Origin: an uncultured Opitutales bacterium
GTDB lineage: Bacteria > Verrucomicrobiota > Verrucomicrobiia > Opitutales > Intestinicryptomonadaceae
NCBI GenBank assembly: GCA_934660865.1
Contig: CAKUIA010000018.1
Coordinates: 16,363 to 48,362 of the forward strand
Direction of reading: 5' to 3'
DNA length: 32,000 bases
Numbering within the stretch: the stretch's first letter is position 1; the number at the start of each line of letters is the position of its first letter. The translations under genes were made by a program, and so were the position numbers. Under the pieces are notes generated by a model that saw only the letters and a list, made by a program, of their open reading frames with translations, did no database searches and was not told the DNA's origin. Shown piece after piece: positions 8,807 to 17,917 of this stretch.

Positions 8807-11487
8807 TGAGCGATATTTCAAAGGCCTACGAGCCTCAAAAAGTAGAAGACAAGTGGTATAGCCAGTGGGTTGAAAACGGTTGTTTTAAGCCGTCTAGCGA
8901 CCCTACTAAAGAAGCGTATTCCATAGCAATGCCGCCCCCGAATGTTACGGGTGTGCTTACAATGGGGCACGTTTTAAACAACACCATTCAGGATATTTTA
9001 ATACGCAATGCACGCCAAAACGGCAAAAGCGCGGTTTGGGTGCCTGGCACCGACCACGCGGGCGTTGCAACCCAAACCAAGGTAGAGGCATATTTGCGCA
9101 AAGAGGGGCTTTCGGCCAAAAAGCTTGGGCGCGAAAAGTTTTTGGAAGTTGCCAAGCAATGGCGCGACAAGCACGGCGGCATAATTATAGAGCAGCTTAA
9201 AAAGCTTGGGGCTTCGTGCGACTGGAGCAGGCTTGTCCACACTTTAGACGACGACTATTCAAAAGGCGTAATTAAGGCGTTTGTAGAGCTTTACAAACAA
9301 GGCTATATTTACCGCGGCAAAAGAATGGTAAACTGGTGTCCGGTAAACCTTACGGCTCTTTCCGACGAAGAGGTTATTATGACCCCCCAAAAGAGCAAGA
9401 TTTACAAGATGAAATACCAGCTTGCCGACAAAAGCGGTTATCTTGAAATTTGCACAACGCGTCCCGAAACCATTATGGGCGACTCGGCCGTTGCCGTAAA
9501 TCCCAACGACCCCCGCTATGCGCATTTGGTTGGCAAAAAGTGCATTAGGCCTTTCCCCGAAAAGGAAATTCCCATTATAGGCGACGAAGCCGTAGACATT
9601 AAATTCGGTACTGGCGTATTAAAGGTAACCCCCGCGCACGACCCCGCCGACTTCGAAATAGGCAAAAGGCACAACCTTGAAGTTATTACCGTAATGAACC
9701 CCGACGCCACTATGAACGAGTTGGCGGGCGAAGACTTTGTAGGGCTAGACAGGTTTAAAGCGCGCGAAAAGGCGGTTGAAAAGCTCGACAAAATGGGGCT
9801 TTTAATTGAGGTAAAAGACTACGAAAACAACGTCGGCTTTTCCGAAAGGGGCGGCGTACCCATAGAGCCTCGCGTTTCCGACCAGTGGTTTATGAGGTAC
9901 CCCCATGTAAAGGAAGCCAAAGAGGTTGTGGAAAAAGGCCTTATAAAGTTTTGGCCGGCCCGCTGGGAAAAGACCTATTTACACTGGCTCGACAATATCC
10001 GCGACTGGTGCATAAGCCGCCAAATTTGGTGGGGGCACAGAATACCCGTTTGGTATAAAAAAGGCGTTGCCAACATAGACTTTAACAACCCCGAACACGT
10101 TTACGTGGGCGAAACTGCCCCCGCCGACGCCGAAAACTGGGTTCAAGACGAAGACTCGCTCGACACATGGGCGTCGTCGTGGTTGTGGCCCTTCGGCATA
10201 CTGGGTTGGCCGAACAGGGAAAATTCCGAAAAGCTTGGCTTGGCAAGGTATTACCCGACTTCAACCTTGGTAACGGGCCCCGACATTATATTCTTCTGGG
10301 TTGCCAGAATGATTATGGCGGGCTTGGAATTTACCGAAGGCGAGGAAAAAGACCGCATTCCCTTTAAAAACGTATATTTTACGGGCATTATAAGGGATAT
10401 GCAGGGCAGAAAAATGTCGAAAAGCTTGGGCAATTCGCCTGACCCGTTAGACTTAATCGCAAAATACGGCGCCGACGGCCTGCGCTTCGGCATTATGAAT
10501 TGCGCTCCGCAAGGGCAAGACATTCTCTTTAGCGAAGATAGAGTTCAGCTTGGCCGCAATTTCTGCAACAAGTTGTGGAATGCCTGCCGCTTTAGGCAAA
10601 TGCAGGGCGAGCTTGGCAAGAATTCCAGCATAGACGAAATTGTTTCGAGAATAGACACCTCCATTATAGACGACAACGACAAGGCTCTTATATTAAGTCT
10701 GTTAAATACGGCGGAATCCATAAGGAAAGACTATTCGGCGTACCAGTTTAACGCAATTACGCAAGACATCTATGCGTTTTTCTGGAACGATTTTTGCGAC
10801 TGGTATTTGGAGGTTTCCAAGTCGAGAATGGCCGACGAAAACGCAAAGAAAACCATTCTTGCCATACAGGATTTGTGCATAAGGCAAACACTGCTTATGC
10901 TGCACCCGTTTACCCCGTTTATAACCGAGGAATTGTGGCACAGTATGGGCTTCGGCAAAGATGGCGAATACATACAAAACGTATATCCCTACCTAGACGC
11001 CGAAAAGTTCAAGGCTGCCTTAAAGCTAAACGCTTCGGCTTTGGAAAATGTGGAAATGCTTAAAGACTTTGTGGCCCAGGCGCGCGCGTTAAAGTCGCAA
11101 TACAAGCTTGCAACAAACAAGCACGTTAATATGAGCTACATTGCAAAAGACTTTTCGAAGCAGTTGTTGGCCGCAAACAACGAACAGCTTAAAAAGCTTA
11201 TAGGTTTAGATACCTTAAACGAAATTTCGGGCGAAATACAGTCGCCCGTAAGCGTGGCAAAGGCGGCAACAATATACCTTATCCTTTCGCAGGAGGCCTC
11301 TGCACAAGACAAGGCGAAACTCGAAAAGGAAAAGGAAAAGATTGTGTCGCTAATTGCCTCTACAAAGGCAAGGCTTTCGAACGAGGCGTTTGTTTCGAAA
11401 GCTCCCGCAAATGTCATAGAAGGCGCTAAAAAACAGCTTGTCCAATACGAATCAAAGCTTGCCGAGCTTGAAAAGATTTTAGGCTAG
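8806..11487 (+). CDS. valS: valine--tRNA ligase
   Basis: 893 aa. It has PPPNVTGVLTMGHVLN (HIGH-type motif), RKMSKSLGN (KMSKS) and the C-terminal coiled-coil tail typical of ValRS. The ATG shares 1 nt with the fabF stop (TAATG). Confidence 0.95.
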   Translation: MSDISKAYEPQKVEDKWYSQWVENGCFKPSSDPTKEAYSIAMPPPNVTGVLTMGHVLNNTIQDILIRNARQNGKSAVWVPGTDHAGVATQTKVEAYLRKEGLSAKKLGREKFLEVAKQWRDKHGGIIIEQLKKLGASCDWSRLVHTLDDDYSKGVIKAFVELYKQGYIYRGKRMVNWCPVNLTALSDEEVIMTPQKSKIYKMKYQLADKSGYLEICTTRPETIMGDSAVAVNPNDPRYAHLVGKKCIRPFPEKEIPIIGDEAVDIKFGTGVLKVTPAHDPADFEIGKRHNLEVITVMNPDATMNELAGEDFVGLDRFKAREKAVEKLDKMGLLIEVKDYENNVGFSERGGVPIEPRVSDQWFMRYPHVKEAKEVVEKGLIKFWPARWEKTYLHWLDNIRDWCISRQIWWGHRIPVWYKKGVANIDFNNPEHVYVGETAPADAENWVQDEDSLDTWASSWLWPFGILGWPNRENSEKLGLARYYPTSTLVTGPDIIFFWVARMIMAGLEFTEGEEKDRIPFKNVYFTGIIRDMQGRKMSKSLGNSPDPLDLIAKYGADGLRFGIMNCAPQGQDILFSEDRVQLGRNFCNKLWNACRFRQMQGELGKNSSIDEIVSRIDTSIIDDNDKALILSLLNTAESIRKDYSAYQFNAITQDIYAFFWNDFCDWYLEVSKSRMADENAKKTILAIQDLCIRQTLLMLHPFTPFITEELWHSMGFGKDGEYIQNVYPYLDAEKFKAALKLNASALENVEMLKDFVAQARALKSQYKLATNKHVNMSYIAKDFSKQLLAANNEQLKKLIGLDTLNEISGEIQSPVSVAKAATIYLILSQEASAQDKAKLEKEKEKIVSLIASTKARLSNEAFVSKAPANVIEGAKKQLVQYESKLAELEKILG

Positions 11488-11516
11488 GCAAACCAACTAT
11501 TTGCGAAAAAACGACA

Positions 11517-11547
11517 AACGCAGGTCTAAAAGGGCCTGCGTTTTTTT
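11517..11547 (+). terminator. intrinsic terminator after valS
   Basis: An 8-bp perfect stem pairs AACGCAGG (11517-11524) with CCTGCGTT (11535-11542) and runs into a T tract ending at 11547. Confidence 0.7.
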
Positions 11548-11645
11548 GCGCCGAAATGCCGAAAATTTTTCACGAAAAGCGGCGTAAAATTTCTCCTTAA
11601 AAAAATCCTAAAAAGCAGGGCGGGGTGTGCATAGTAAGTATGCGC

Positions 11646-11676
11646 AAAAAAAAGAGGGGCTAAAAAGCCCCTCTTT
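11646..11676 (-). terminator. intrinsic terminator after rplT (hairpin usable in both directions)
   Basis: A 10-bp perfect stem pairs AAAGAGGGGC (11651-11660) with GCCCCTCTTT (11667-11676) around a 6-nt loop. On the minus strand it is followed by a U tract, which is the A run starting at 11646. Confidence 0.75.
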
Positions 11677-11697
11677 TAAATTTTTTGTAAAGGTTAA

Positions 11698-12057
11698 TTA
11701 CTTGGCAATCTGAGCTTTAGCCTTTTCGACAAGGGCGTTGAATGCCGCTTCGTCGTTAATTGCCAATTCGGCAAGCTGTTTTCTGTCGAGTTGTACGTTC
11801 ATCGACTTTAACGCGCTCATAAACTGGCTGTATTTAAAGCCGCAATTTCTGCAAACTGCGTTGATACGAACTATCCAAAGTTTGCGGAATTCGCGCCTGC
11901 GAACCCTGCGGTCTCTGTAAGCGTACTTACCAGCGTGTTGAACCGCGTCTTTCGCGTAGCGAAACAAACGGGACTTGTTACCGAAATACCCGCGGGCCTG
12001 CTTTAATACGCTGCGCCTGCGTTTGCGGGTATATACTGCATTTGTTACTTTTGGCAT
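11698..12057 (-). CDS. rplT: 50S ribosomal protein L20
   Basis: 119 aa: MPKVTNAVYTRKRRRSVLKQARGYFGNKSRLFRYAKDAV...REFRKLWIVRINA. This is a canonical L20. Confidence 0.95.
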   Translation of the reverse strand: MPKVTNAVYTRKRRRSVLKQARGYFGNKSRLFRYAKDAVQHAGKYAYRDRRVRRREFRKLWIVRINAVCRNCGFKYSQFMSALKSMNVQLDRKQLAELAINDEAAFNALVEKAKAQIAK

Positions 12058-12142
12058 GTTATATAATCTCCGATTATTGTTTTATGTAGCCTTGGGGTCG
12101 CCTAAAAAAACACCCCTTCAGCCTGTTGATGTTTGCTTTTTA

Positions 12143-12334
12143 TTATGCGAAGGGCATACCCTTTTTGAGGGCGGCCGCGTGTCCGTCGGAAACCTTCTGG
12201 TCCTGGCTCATTCTGCGTCTTTGCTTAGTGTTTTTTGCGCTAAGCAAGTGGCGCTTGCCGGGCTTTCTGCGAAGGAGCTTGCCGGTTGCGGTTACTTTGA
12301 AGCGTTTAACTATCGATTTCTTTGTCTTTTGCAT
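12143..12334 (-). CDS. rpmI: 50S ribosomal protein L35
   Basis: From the internal ATG (complement of 12332-12334) it reads MQKTKKSIVKRFKVTATGKLLRRKPGKRHLLSAKNTKQRR..., a canonical L35 of 63 aa. It lies upstream of rplT. The track ORF extends 8 codons further, to 12358. Confidence 0.9.
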   Translation of the reverse strand: MQKTKKSIVKRFKVTATGKLLRRKPGKRHLLSAKNTKQRRRMSQDQKVSDGHAAALKKGMPFA

Positions 12335-12436
12335 TTCTGTATAAGATAAAAGACACAATGAAATATATTTATTGGAATTTGTAAAGTTTTTTTTGCTTTA
12401 TTTTTATAAAAATTGAATTGAAGAAAACGCGCGTAT
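12335..12436. promoter_or_regulatory. AT-rich divergent promoter/leader region between rpmI (-) and the lipoprotein gene (+)
   Basis: This 102-bp AT-rich spacer lies between divergent starts. Weak -35/-10-like hexamers occur on both strands, for example TTTACA with a 17-nt spacer to TTCATT on the minus strand. No element can be called confidently. Confidence 0.3.
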
Positions 12437-13690
12437 ATGCAACAATTTGTCTATATGAATAATTTTCTTAAATTAGCACCCGTTTTGTCGGTAGCCCTTG
12501 CGCTTTGCGCTTGCGGCGTTATAGAGGAAAACCGCCAAAACGAGGCGTCGAAATGGACTTTCGGTAAAGACGTATCCTTGCTTAGAACATACGCCGACTG
12601 CGAGGTTTTGGGCGAAAACGGTTCGTATATAGCCGTTTCGCCGAAGCTGGGCGGCAGGGTAATGGTTGCCACTTTAGACGGCGCTTCGGGCAAAAGTCTC
12701 GGCTGGTATAACCGCAATTTGGTCGCAAAAAAAGACATAGTTGAAACTTCGCGCAACATAATAGGCGGCTTAAACAGGTTTTCGCTTGCCCCCGAAGGCG
12801 GGCAGTACGCCCTGTTTTTCGGCTCGGGCGACTTGATGATTCCCGAAAAATGGAAAGCCCCGCAGTTTTTGGGCGCAAGCCAATGGGACCTTGTTTTTGC
12901 CGACAAAACGAGAATTGCCCTCGAAAAGTCTGCAAGCGTAAAAAACTCAAAGGGCGCCGAATTTAATTTTAAGGTTGAAAGGCAGATTGTATCCCTAAAC
13001 AAAGCCGACGCCGAAAAGGTGCTGTCGGCGAAAATTCCCGACAGCGTAGACATGGTTGCCTTTGCCGCTTCCGACAAAATAACGAACACTTCCGACAGGC
13101 AATGGGAGCAGGAAACCGGGCTTATTGCCGCGGTTTCGCAAAGCTGCTTTAATGCCGACAAATCAACCTACGTTTTCGTTCCCTACAAAGAGGGCGATGT
13201 TAAAACTTTGGGCAACATTGTAAGGGACGACTATTTCCAAACCGCCGACGAGTTCAGGCTTTTTGTTTCGCCCAAGTTTATAAGGTTTAGGGCCGACGCG
13301 AAAAAGACGGTAGAAATAGGGGTGCTGCAGCAAAGGGCAAAGGGCATTGCGCTTTCCTACAACGCAAGCAAACGTTTGCTTGTAGTGGTAAGCTTTTCCA
13401 TGCCCAAATCGCGCAAGGCCTATGTAGGCAACACATGGAAGCGCAGCGACAACGAATTTGCGGGCGACGTTTTAAGCGTTTACAACAACGGCCCCGTAAA
13501 CGACACTTCGCTTGCCGCCGAGCATTTTTACGAAATTTCCACAAATTCGCCCGCGCTCGGGCTTGGGGCTAAAAAAAGCCAGATAAACATTCAAAGGGTG
13601 TTCCAGTTCAGCGGTTCGGAATACGAACTTGGCAAATTGGCCGAGGCGGTTGCCGGAATTTCGATAGAAGATTTAAGGGTAGAAATGTAA
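12437..13690 (+). CDS. putative lipoprotein, function unknown
   Basis: 417 aa. It has a signal peptide with a Cys-containing lipobox-like end (LSVALALCACG). The alternative start is MNNFLK at 12455. The beta-rich sequence includes a GGRVMVATLDG...SLGWYNRN block that is vaguely mutarotase-like, but no family is firmly recognised. Confidence 0.7.
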   Translation: MQQFVYMNNFLKLAPVLSVALALCACGVIEENRQNEASKWTFGKDVSLLRTYADCEVLGENGSYIAVSPKLGGRVMVATLDGASGKSLGWYNRNLVAKKDIVETSRNIIGGLNRFSLAPEGGQYALFFGSGDLMIPEKWKAPQFLGASQWDLVFADKTRIALEKSASVKNSKGAEFNFKVERQIVSLNKADAEKVLSAKIPDSVDMVAFAASDKITNTSDRQWEQETGLIAAVSQSCFNADKSTYVFVPYKEGDVKTLGNIVRDDYFQTADEFRLFVSPKFIRFRADAKKTVEIGVLQQRAKGIALSYNASKRLLVVVSFSMPKSRKAYVGNTWKRSDNEFAGDVLSVYNNGPVNDTSLAAEHFYEISTNSPALGLGAKKSQINIQRVFQFSGSEYELGKLAEAVAGISIEDLRVEM

Positions 13691-13697
13691 AAAGATT

Positions 13698-14750
13698 ATG
13701 GACAAAAAATTTTTAAACGACTTGCTTAACACGCGCTCGCCTACGGGCTGCGAAAAAGAGCTTAACGACGTTGTCGAAAAATATGTTAAACCATTTGCCG
13801 ACGACTTTAAAAAAGACGTTTTAGGCAACAGAATTGCAACCTTAAACGGCTCTTCTAAAAAAACGCTTATGCTGGCTTCCCATAGCGACGAAATAGGCTT
13901 TATAATAACCTCCATAGACGCAAACGGGTATTTGTATTTCGACAAACTTGGCGGCCACGACGATTGCATGATTGCGGGGCGCAGGGTAAACATTCTTACA
14001 AAAAACGGCATTGTAAGGGGCGTAACGGGCAAAAAGGCCATACACTTAATGACGCCTGCCGAACGCAAAACCGTTCCCGAAATAGGCAGCCAGTGGATAG
14101 ACATAGGAGTTTCGTCTAAAGCCGAAGCGCAAAAGCTTGTAAGGATTGGCGACAGCGCGGTTTTTGAATATTCGCCCGTAGAGCTTTCCGAAAACAGGCT
14201 CGCTTCGAAAGCGCTAGACGACAAGGCGGGCTGCTACAGCGTATTTAATGCCCTAAAACAGCTTTCGAAGGAAAAAAAGCTTTGCTATACGGTGTGCGCG
14301 GTTGCCACAACGCAGGAGGAAATAGGCACGCGCGGCGCGCAAACCTCGGCGTTTGGCGTTAACCCCAGCGTTGCCATTGCCGTAGATGTAGAACATTCGA
14401 GCGACTACCCGACTGCGAAAGTGGGCGTAAACCCCGACATTAAACTCGGCGGCGGCGTGGTAATTTCGAGGGGGCCCAATATGAACCCCGTTGTTTTTGA
14501 AAGGCTTGTAGAATGTGCCGAAAAAAATAAAATCGCCTACCAAATAAACGCCGAAGCGCGCCCGACCGGCACCGACGCGAGGGTAATTCAGATGGCCCGC
14601 AGCGGAATTCCGACCGGTTTGCTTGGCATACCGCTTCGCTATATGCACACCCCAAGCGAAGTTTGCGACCTGCGCGACTTGCAGGCCTGCGCCGACCTTA
14701 TTGCGGCGTTTGCAAAAACACTTAAAGACAAAGACACTTTCGAATATTAA
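13698..14750 (+). CDS. M42 family metallopeptidase (FrvX / glutamyl aminopeptidase-like; often mis-annotated as endoglucanase)
   Basis: 350 aa. The N-terminus is typical of the family: LLNTRSPTGCEKELNDVVEKYVKP...LMLASHSDEIGFIITSIDANGYLYFDKLGGHD. Later it has ALDDKAGC and TTQEEIGTRGA, which are metal-binding and catalytic contexts. Confidence 0.8.
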   Translation: MDKKFLNDLLNTRSPTGCEKELNDVVEKYVKPFADDFKKDVLGNRIATLNGSSKKTLMLASHSDEIGFIITSIDANGYLYFDKLGGHDDCMIAGRRVNILTKNGIVRGVTGKKAIHLMTPAERKTVPEIGSQWIDIGVSSKAEAQKLVRIGDSAVFEYSPVELSENRLASKALDDKAGCYSVFNALKQLSKEKKLCYTVCAVATTQEEIGTRGAQTSAFGVNPSVAIAVDVEHSSDYPTAKVGVNPDIKLGGGVVISRGPNMNPVVFERLVECAEKNKIAYQINAEARPTGTDARVIQMARSGIPTGLLGIPLRYMHTPSEVCDLRDLQACADLIAAFAKTLKDKDTFEY

Positions 14751-14756
14751 AATATC

Positions 14757-15524
14757 ATGAGCGTAAAAGGTAAAAGAATAGTTCTTACGCGCCCCGATAA
14801 TAGCGACTTAAAGGCCCTGCTAAAAGACAAGGGGGCGGCCGTAATAGATATGCCCCTTATACATATCGTGCTTTCGAACCCCGACAATTCCGATGTGCTC
14901 GACGACATTGCAACCTACCAGTGGCTTTGCTTTACAAGCTCAAACGGCGTAAACGGTTTCTTTAACGAATTTTTCCGCCGCTACGACGACATTCGCTGCA
15001 TAGGCGCGTGCAAGATTGCGTGCGTGGGCCAGTCTACAGCAAGAACGCTTAAAGACAAATACCATTTGGCAAGCGACGTTGTTCCTGCCGAACAAAACGC
15101 AATTTCCATGGCCGAAGCCATGATGCAGCACGAGTCTTTGGACAACCTGCAAATATTGATTGCCTGCGGCAACCTCTCAAAAGACGAGCTATCTAAAACC
15201 CTCGAAAACAAGGGCAGGGCCATTGTAGACAAGTTTGTAGTATACCAAACCGAGGAAACTCCTAAAAGCGACATTTCGGCCGCCATGAAAGACTTTGTAA
15301 AGTTCGGCGCCGACGCGATTGTTTTCGGCAGCCCGTCGGCCGTAGACGCGTTTTTTGCCGACATTAAAAACTTTGCAATCGACAAAAGCGCCGTAAAGCC
15401 GAAAACGGTAGCCATAGGCGAAACTACGGCCTCGAGAATGCGCAAACATTCCATGCCCGTAGACATTGTAGCCGAAAGCAGCTCCGACGCGGGCGTTATG
15501 GCGGCGCTCGAAAAAATATTGTAG
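14757..15524 (+). CDS. hemD: uroporphyrinogen-III synthase
   Basis: 255 aa. It shows the HemD pattern KRIVLTRPDNS...LKDKGAAVIDMPLIHIV...YQWLCFTSSNGVNGFF...DAIVFGSPSAVDAFF. Confidence 0.7.
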   Translation: MSVKGKRIVLTRPDNSDLKALLKDKGAAVIDMPLIHIVLSNPDNSDVLDDIATYQWLCFTSSNGVNGFFNEFFRRYDDIRCIGACKIACVGQSTARTLKDKYHLASDVVPAEQNAISMAEAMMQHESLDNLQILIACGNLSKDELSKTLENKGRAIVDKFVVYQTEETPKSDISAAMKDFVKFGADAIVFGSPSAVDAFFADIKNFAIDKSAVKPKTVAIGETTASRMRKHSMPVDIVAESSSDAGVMAALEKIL

Positions 15525-15586
15525 GCCTTAAAACGCTTTGGCAAAAAAACTTTAAAATATACAAACAACAAAACCCCCTTCTCCCG

Positions 15587-17896
15587 ATGAAATATAAAAA
15601 CTTTTTCAAATTCCTGTCGTTAATTGCGGCGCTTTCGCTATTGTTCGGTTGCGGCAAAAAAGAGACTAAACCCCACCAAGAGCAAAAGGCGGAGCAGGTT
15701 GCCGAATCTTTCGAAGACGCCCCCGCAGCAGAGGAGCAAAGCGAACCGCAAAAGCCCGAAGGGCCTTTTCTTAAAACCGAATTGAAAAGCGACGGCCTTT
15801 CAAAAAATTCGGTTTTGTCGGCTTTTGTCGAGATAGAAAAAAAGTTCGAAAACCCCTTTAGCACGTCGGACATTGCAGTAGACGCTACAATCACGTTCGG
15901 TTCGCAAAGCTATGTTTGGCCGCTTTATTTTACGGGCAAAAAGGGCGATGTTTCGTATTGGACGCTGAATTGCCCGCTGCTATATTCGGGCAGCGCCAAA
16001 GTGCAATTCAACCTAAAGGCAAAAGACGGCTTTCAGGATTCCGAAGAGCTTTCGTTTACGGTTGCAAACTCAGATGTTCCTAGCGGAATCTACAAAACTT
16101 CGAAAAGCTCAAACTTTGCGCTGTTCGACGAAAATTCTGCGGCGTTTAGGGGCATGGGCGCAAACCTTGTTTTGGGCGCCAATGCAGACGAAACTGTTTT
16201 GCAGATGAAAACGCTGGCCGAAAACGGCTGCAACATTGTAAGGCTTTCGTTTGCCGATTTTTGGAGCTTTTTTAATATGGGCAAGCCCGTTGCCGACGCC
16301 GCCAGCGACTTGGCCTACGAAGTTAAAGACGGCTACTTTAACAAAAGCGCCTTTCACGCCATCGACCGCGTGTTCGACGCCGCAAAAGAGCATAATGTAA
16401 AACTAATAATTTCGTTTTTAAACGACGATTCGTTTAAGGGGCAAAACTATATTGCGTCTTTCCCCGCAAAAACCGCAAAAGACATAAAGCAGTTTATGCA
16501 AAGCGAAGAGTCGAAGGCCTATTTTAAGGATTTTTTGCGCTATTTTGTTGCAAGGTACGGCTGCAAAAAAGAGTTTTTGGCATGGAACTTGTATTCGGCA
16601 ATCGACAAATATTCTCTAAAAGATGTCGAAGGCAAAATAATGTGGCTCGACGAAATGACCAACACGATAAAGGAGCTTGATATTACCCAGCGAATGAATA
16701 TTTCGACGGCGGCAACCTCTTCGGTGTTAGACTCGCTTTGGGCGGGAGAATGTTCGGCTATGGTGGCTTTGGAATCTAAAAATATGCGCGACTACGCATT
16801 TGCCGTAAACGAACAGTGCGGATTTTTTGCAAAGAAATATGCAAAGCCGGCCTTTTTTGCGTCGCTTGGCCTAGACAAAAACAAAAGCGGGCACTTGGAC
16901 CTTAAAATGATGCACTTTCACGATTCGTTGTGGGGCGGTTTTATGTCGCAGTGTCCCATACTGCCTTTGTCGGACGACTACCAAACGCTTGTAAAGCGCG
17001 AGGCCTTTTGCAACTACAAAGCAGTTAAAGCCTTTGCCGACTTGGCAAAGCTAGACTATGCTAAAATGCAGCCGCTGCAGCTAAAGGGTGTTGTTCTTTT
17101 TCAGCGCAGGGGCGAAAACAAGCTTGAGGTTTTGCCCGCTTTCGGCGCAACCCACCCCGAAATTATGACAGACGAAAATTTGAACATAGCCGAAATATGC
17201 AACGGCGTTTTGCTTAAAAATACGCTGGCTAGCAGGCTTACCGACAACTGCCCAATGGTTTTAAATATCGACCAAAACGCGGCGGCAGGCACAATTACAT
17301 TCAATATGAATGCCGTAAAAAAGGCGGAAAACACATTCGAATTGGTCTTTATGGTAGACGATGTTTTGGCGGCTACAAAAACGATAAATCCCGCAACCTA
17401 TGCAGATGCCGCAGTTTTGCCCGACGAAGACGCGCAAAAAATTATGTGCTCGGAAAAAGTTTCGTTTAAATTCCCCGCAGGCAAGCACAAACTTTCGCTC
17501 GAAGTAAAGTCGAAAGACTGGCAAAACCCGTCGTATGCCGACATAGCCTCGATAGAATTTGCGGGCATTGGCTCGGCCGCCGGCGTAAACCAAGTTTCGG
17601 TTTTGGGCGCAAAAAGCGGAACAAAAACCGCGCTTTGGTTTAAAAGGGCGGGCACAAACAGTTGGGGCTTCTTTAAATACGGCCTGCATAAAAAGACAAT
17701 TCCCGACCTAAAGCCCTTCGAATATGCGCTGGAAAATCTCGACGCAAACTGCGAATACAGCGTTGTTTGGTTCGATTCGTACTCCGGCAAAGAGGTTGCT
17801 TCGGGCGTGCTAAAGACCGACAATGCGGGTGTTTTAAAACTGAAAACCGCAACGTTTAAATACGACATTGCCTGTTTTATAGAAAAGAAAAATTAA
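15587..17896 (+). CDS. lipoprotein with an N-terminal beta-sandwich (DUF5060-like) and a clan GH-A/GH5-like TIM-barrel region
   Basis: 769 aa. The lipobox is LSLLFG|C. FVEIEKKFENPFSTSDIAVDATITFGSQSYVWPLYFTGKKGDVSYWTL matches, by eye, the beta-sandwich found in front of some GH5-like enzymes. RGMGANLVLG...ENGCNIVRLSF...HNVKLIISF...FLAWNLYS resembles a GH-A barrel. The gene ends 21 nt before gspG. Confidence 0.5.
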   Translation: MKYKNFFKFLSLIAALSLLFGCGKKETKPHQEQKAEQVAESFEDAPAAEEQSEPQKPEGPFLKTELKSDGLSKNSVLSAFVEIEKKFENPFSTSDIAVDATITFGSQSYVWPLYFTGKKGDVSYWTLNCPLLYSGSAKVQFNLKAKDGFQDSEELSFTVANSDVPSGIYKTSKSSNFALFDENSAAFRGMGANLVLGANADETVLQMKTLAENGCNIVRLSFADFWSFFNMGKPVADAASDLAYEVKDGYFNKSAFHAIDRVFDAAKEHNVKLIISFLNDDSFKGQNYIASFPAKTAKDIKQFMQSEESKAYFKDFLRYFVARYGCKKEFLAWNLYSAIDKYSLKDVEGKIMWLDEMTNTIKELDITQRMNISTAATSSVLDSLWAGECSAMVALESKNMRDYAFAVNEQCGFFAKKYAKPAFFASLGLDKNKSGHLDLKMMHFHDSLWGGFMSQCPILPLSDDYQTLVKREAFCNYKAVKAFADLAKLDYAKMQPLQLKGVVLFQRRGENKLEVLPAFGATHPEIMTDENLNIAEICNGVLLKNTLASRLTDNCPMVLNIDQNAAAGTITFNMNAVKKAENTFELVFMVDDVLAATKTINPATYADAAVLPDEDAQKIMCSEKVSFKFPAGKHKLSLEVKSKDWQNPSYADIASIEFAGIGSAAGVNQVSVLGAKSGTKTALWFKRAGTNSWGFFKYGLHKKTIPDLKPFEYALENLDANCEYSVVWFDSYSGKEVASGVLKTDNAGVLKLKTATFKYDIACFIEKKN

Positions 17897-17917
17897 CCCG
17901 AAACAAATTGCATAAAA

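Noticed and set aside
11556-11600. 14-codon ORF (MPKIFHEKRRKISP) and short CCGAAA / TCCTAAAAA repeats in the valS-rplT convergent spacer
   Set aside because: It has no SD and is tiny. It sits between two terminators, and the repeats are short and AT-rich. Nothing suggests a gene or an sRNA beyond chance.
12058-12142. Candidate regulatory hairpin in the rpmI-rplT spacer
   Set aside because: The only pairing is a 5-bp GGGGU/ACCCC stem with a 12-nt loop. That is too weak to annotate as a structured element without covariation evidence.
13698-14750. Reading the M42 protein as an endoglucanase linked to the nearby glycan genes
   Set aside because: The sequence pattern is that of M42 aminopeptidases (FrvX family). 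The cellulase label on this family is a historical mis-annotation, so I do not count it as carbohydrate-active.
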